This document shows positions 63,052 to 64,000 of a stretch of DNA of 64,000 nt, piece after piece. The stretch is taken from positions 1,488,001 to 1,552,000 of the forward strand of contig OZ360238.1 in assembly GCA_977017645.1 (NCBI GenBank), written 5' to 3'. The number at the start of each line of letters is the position of its first letter. Positions within the stretch are counted from its first letter, which is position 1. Made by a program: the position numbers and the translations under genes. Source of the stretch: Torpedo marmorata. Lineage: Eukaryota. Below the pieces are notes generated by a model that made no database searches, was not told the origin of the DNA, and saw only the letters and a program-made list of their open reading frames with translations.

Positions 63052-63590
63052 GGAGAACTGGAGCCTCCAAGTCGATGCAATCACGAAGAAGGCTCACCAG
63101 CAGCTATACTGTGTGAGGTGTTTGAGGTGATTCGGTATGTCACCGAAGACTCTCGTAAACTTCTACAGGTGTACTGTGGAGAGCATTCTGGCTGGTTGCA
63201 TCACTGCCTGGTATGGAGGCGCCAACGCTCAGGACAAGAAAACACTCCAGAGGGTTGTTAACTCGGCCTGTGACATCACGGGACCCAGTTTTCACTCCAT
63301 CGAGGACATCTACATGAGACGGTGTCTTAAGAAAGCAGCCTCTGTCCTCAAAGACCCCAGCACCCAGGCTATGCCCTCTTCACTCTGCTACCATCAGGAA
63401 AAAGGTGCAGGAGCCTAAAGACAAGCACTCAACGGCACAAGGACAGCTTCTTCCCCGCTGCCATCAGATTCCTGAATGATCAATGAACCACAGACACTGC
63501 CTTACTTTGTCTTTTTCTTGCCCTATTTTTTATTTATTTTGTCAGCTGGTTTATATAAATGTTTGCACTGTGATGCTGCCTCAAAACAAA
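63052..63590 (+). mobile_element. Rex1/Babar 3' fragment
   Basis: MSPKTLVNFYRCTVESILAGCITAWYGG; same subfamily as 31495-32376. Confidence 0.88.
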
Positions 63591-63591
63591 T

Positions 63592-63819
63592 CATTATTGT
63601 CACGTAATACTACATTTAGAATGTAACATACATGAAATTCTTTAATATTTGTCTACCGTAAGGCAGACAGAGAGTCGCTACTTTGTCCAACGCCCCTCAC
63701 AGAAACCTACAGCACCTGGTGTTCCTAGGCAGTCTCCCCTCCAAGTACTGACCAGTCTTGTGCCTGCTTAGCTTCCGAGATCAGACAATCCCAGTCGTAT
63801 TCAGGCTATTGGTGCTGTA
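63592..63819 (-). mobile_element. 5S rRNA-derived SINE, copy 2
   Basis: Highly similar to 40317-40545; 5S head at 63704-63819. Confidence 0.9.
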
Positions 63820-63943
63820 TTGTATGTGCTTTACATTCTTGTGTGAGTAATGTTGCAACATTGTGGGCAGTAACAGATATTCAACATGTGCTAGGATACT
63901 CATGTCAATCTCATTCTAGCTAATCAGTATTACCAAGATAGGT

Positions 63944-64000
63944 CAAGATTCAATTTATTGTCATAGTAATAAAACAGTGTCATATTACATGAAATTTCCT
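63944..64000 (-). mobile_element. Family X retroposon tail, runs off the right edge
   Basis: CAAGATTCAATTTATTGTCATAGTAATAAAACAGTGTCATATT. Confidence 0.85.

Overview
This is eukaryotic, almost certainly vertebrate, intergenic or intronic DNA. A cartilaginous fish is the likely source, inferred from the mix of CR1, Rex1/Babar, L1 and Penelope repeats. About three quarters of the window is nested transposable elements and I can support no host gene. LTR elements: a BEL/Pao element with a SAP-domain gag, inserted into a Gmr1-type Gypsy; a complete CsRn1-type Gypsy (LTRs, GGCC TSD, tRNA-Trp PBS, GGGAAAC slippery site); a tandem three-LTR Gmr1-like remnant; and three copies of one LTR, two of them solo LTRs at ATAT. 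DNA element: a two-gene PIF/Harbinger transposon. LINEs: a CR1 with an open 986-aa ORF2 whose catalytic Asp residues are mutated; a full-length decayed L1; two 5'-inverted (twin-priming-type) L1 copies; many Rex1/Babar and CR1 fragments; Penelope relics with degenerate hammerhead-like motifs. The best candidates for novelty are two non-autonomous retroposon families sharing a Rex1/Babar-like 3' tail: a 5S-rRNA-headed SINE (2 copies) and a ~870-bp GC-rich element with no Pol III head (6 copies). All calls were made by eye without database searches, so novelty is unverified.
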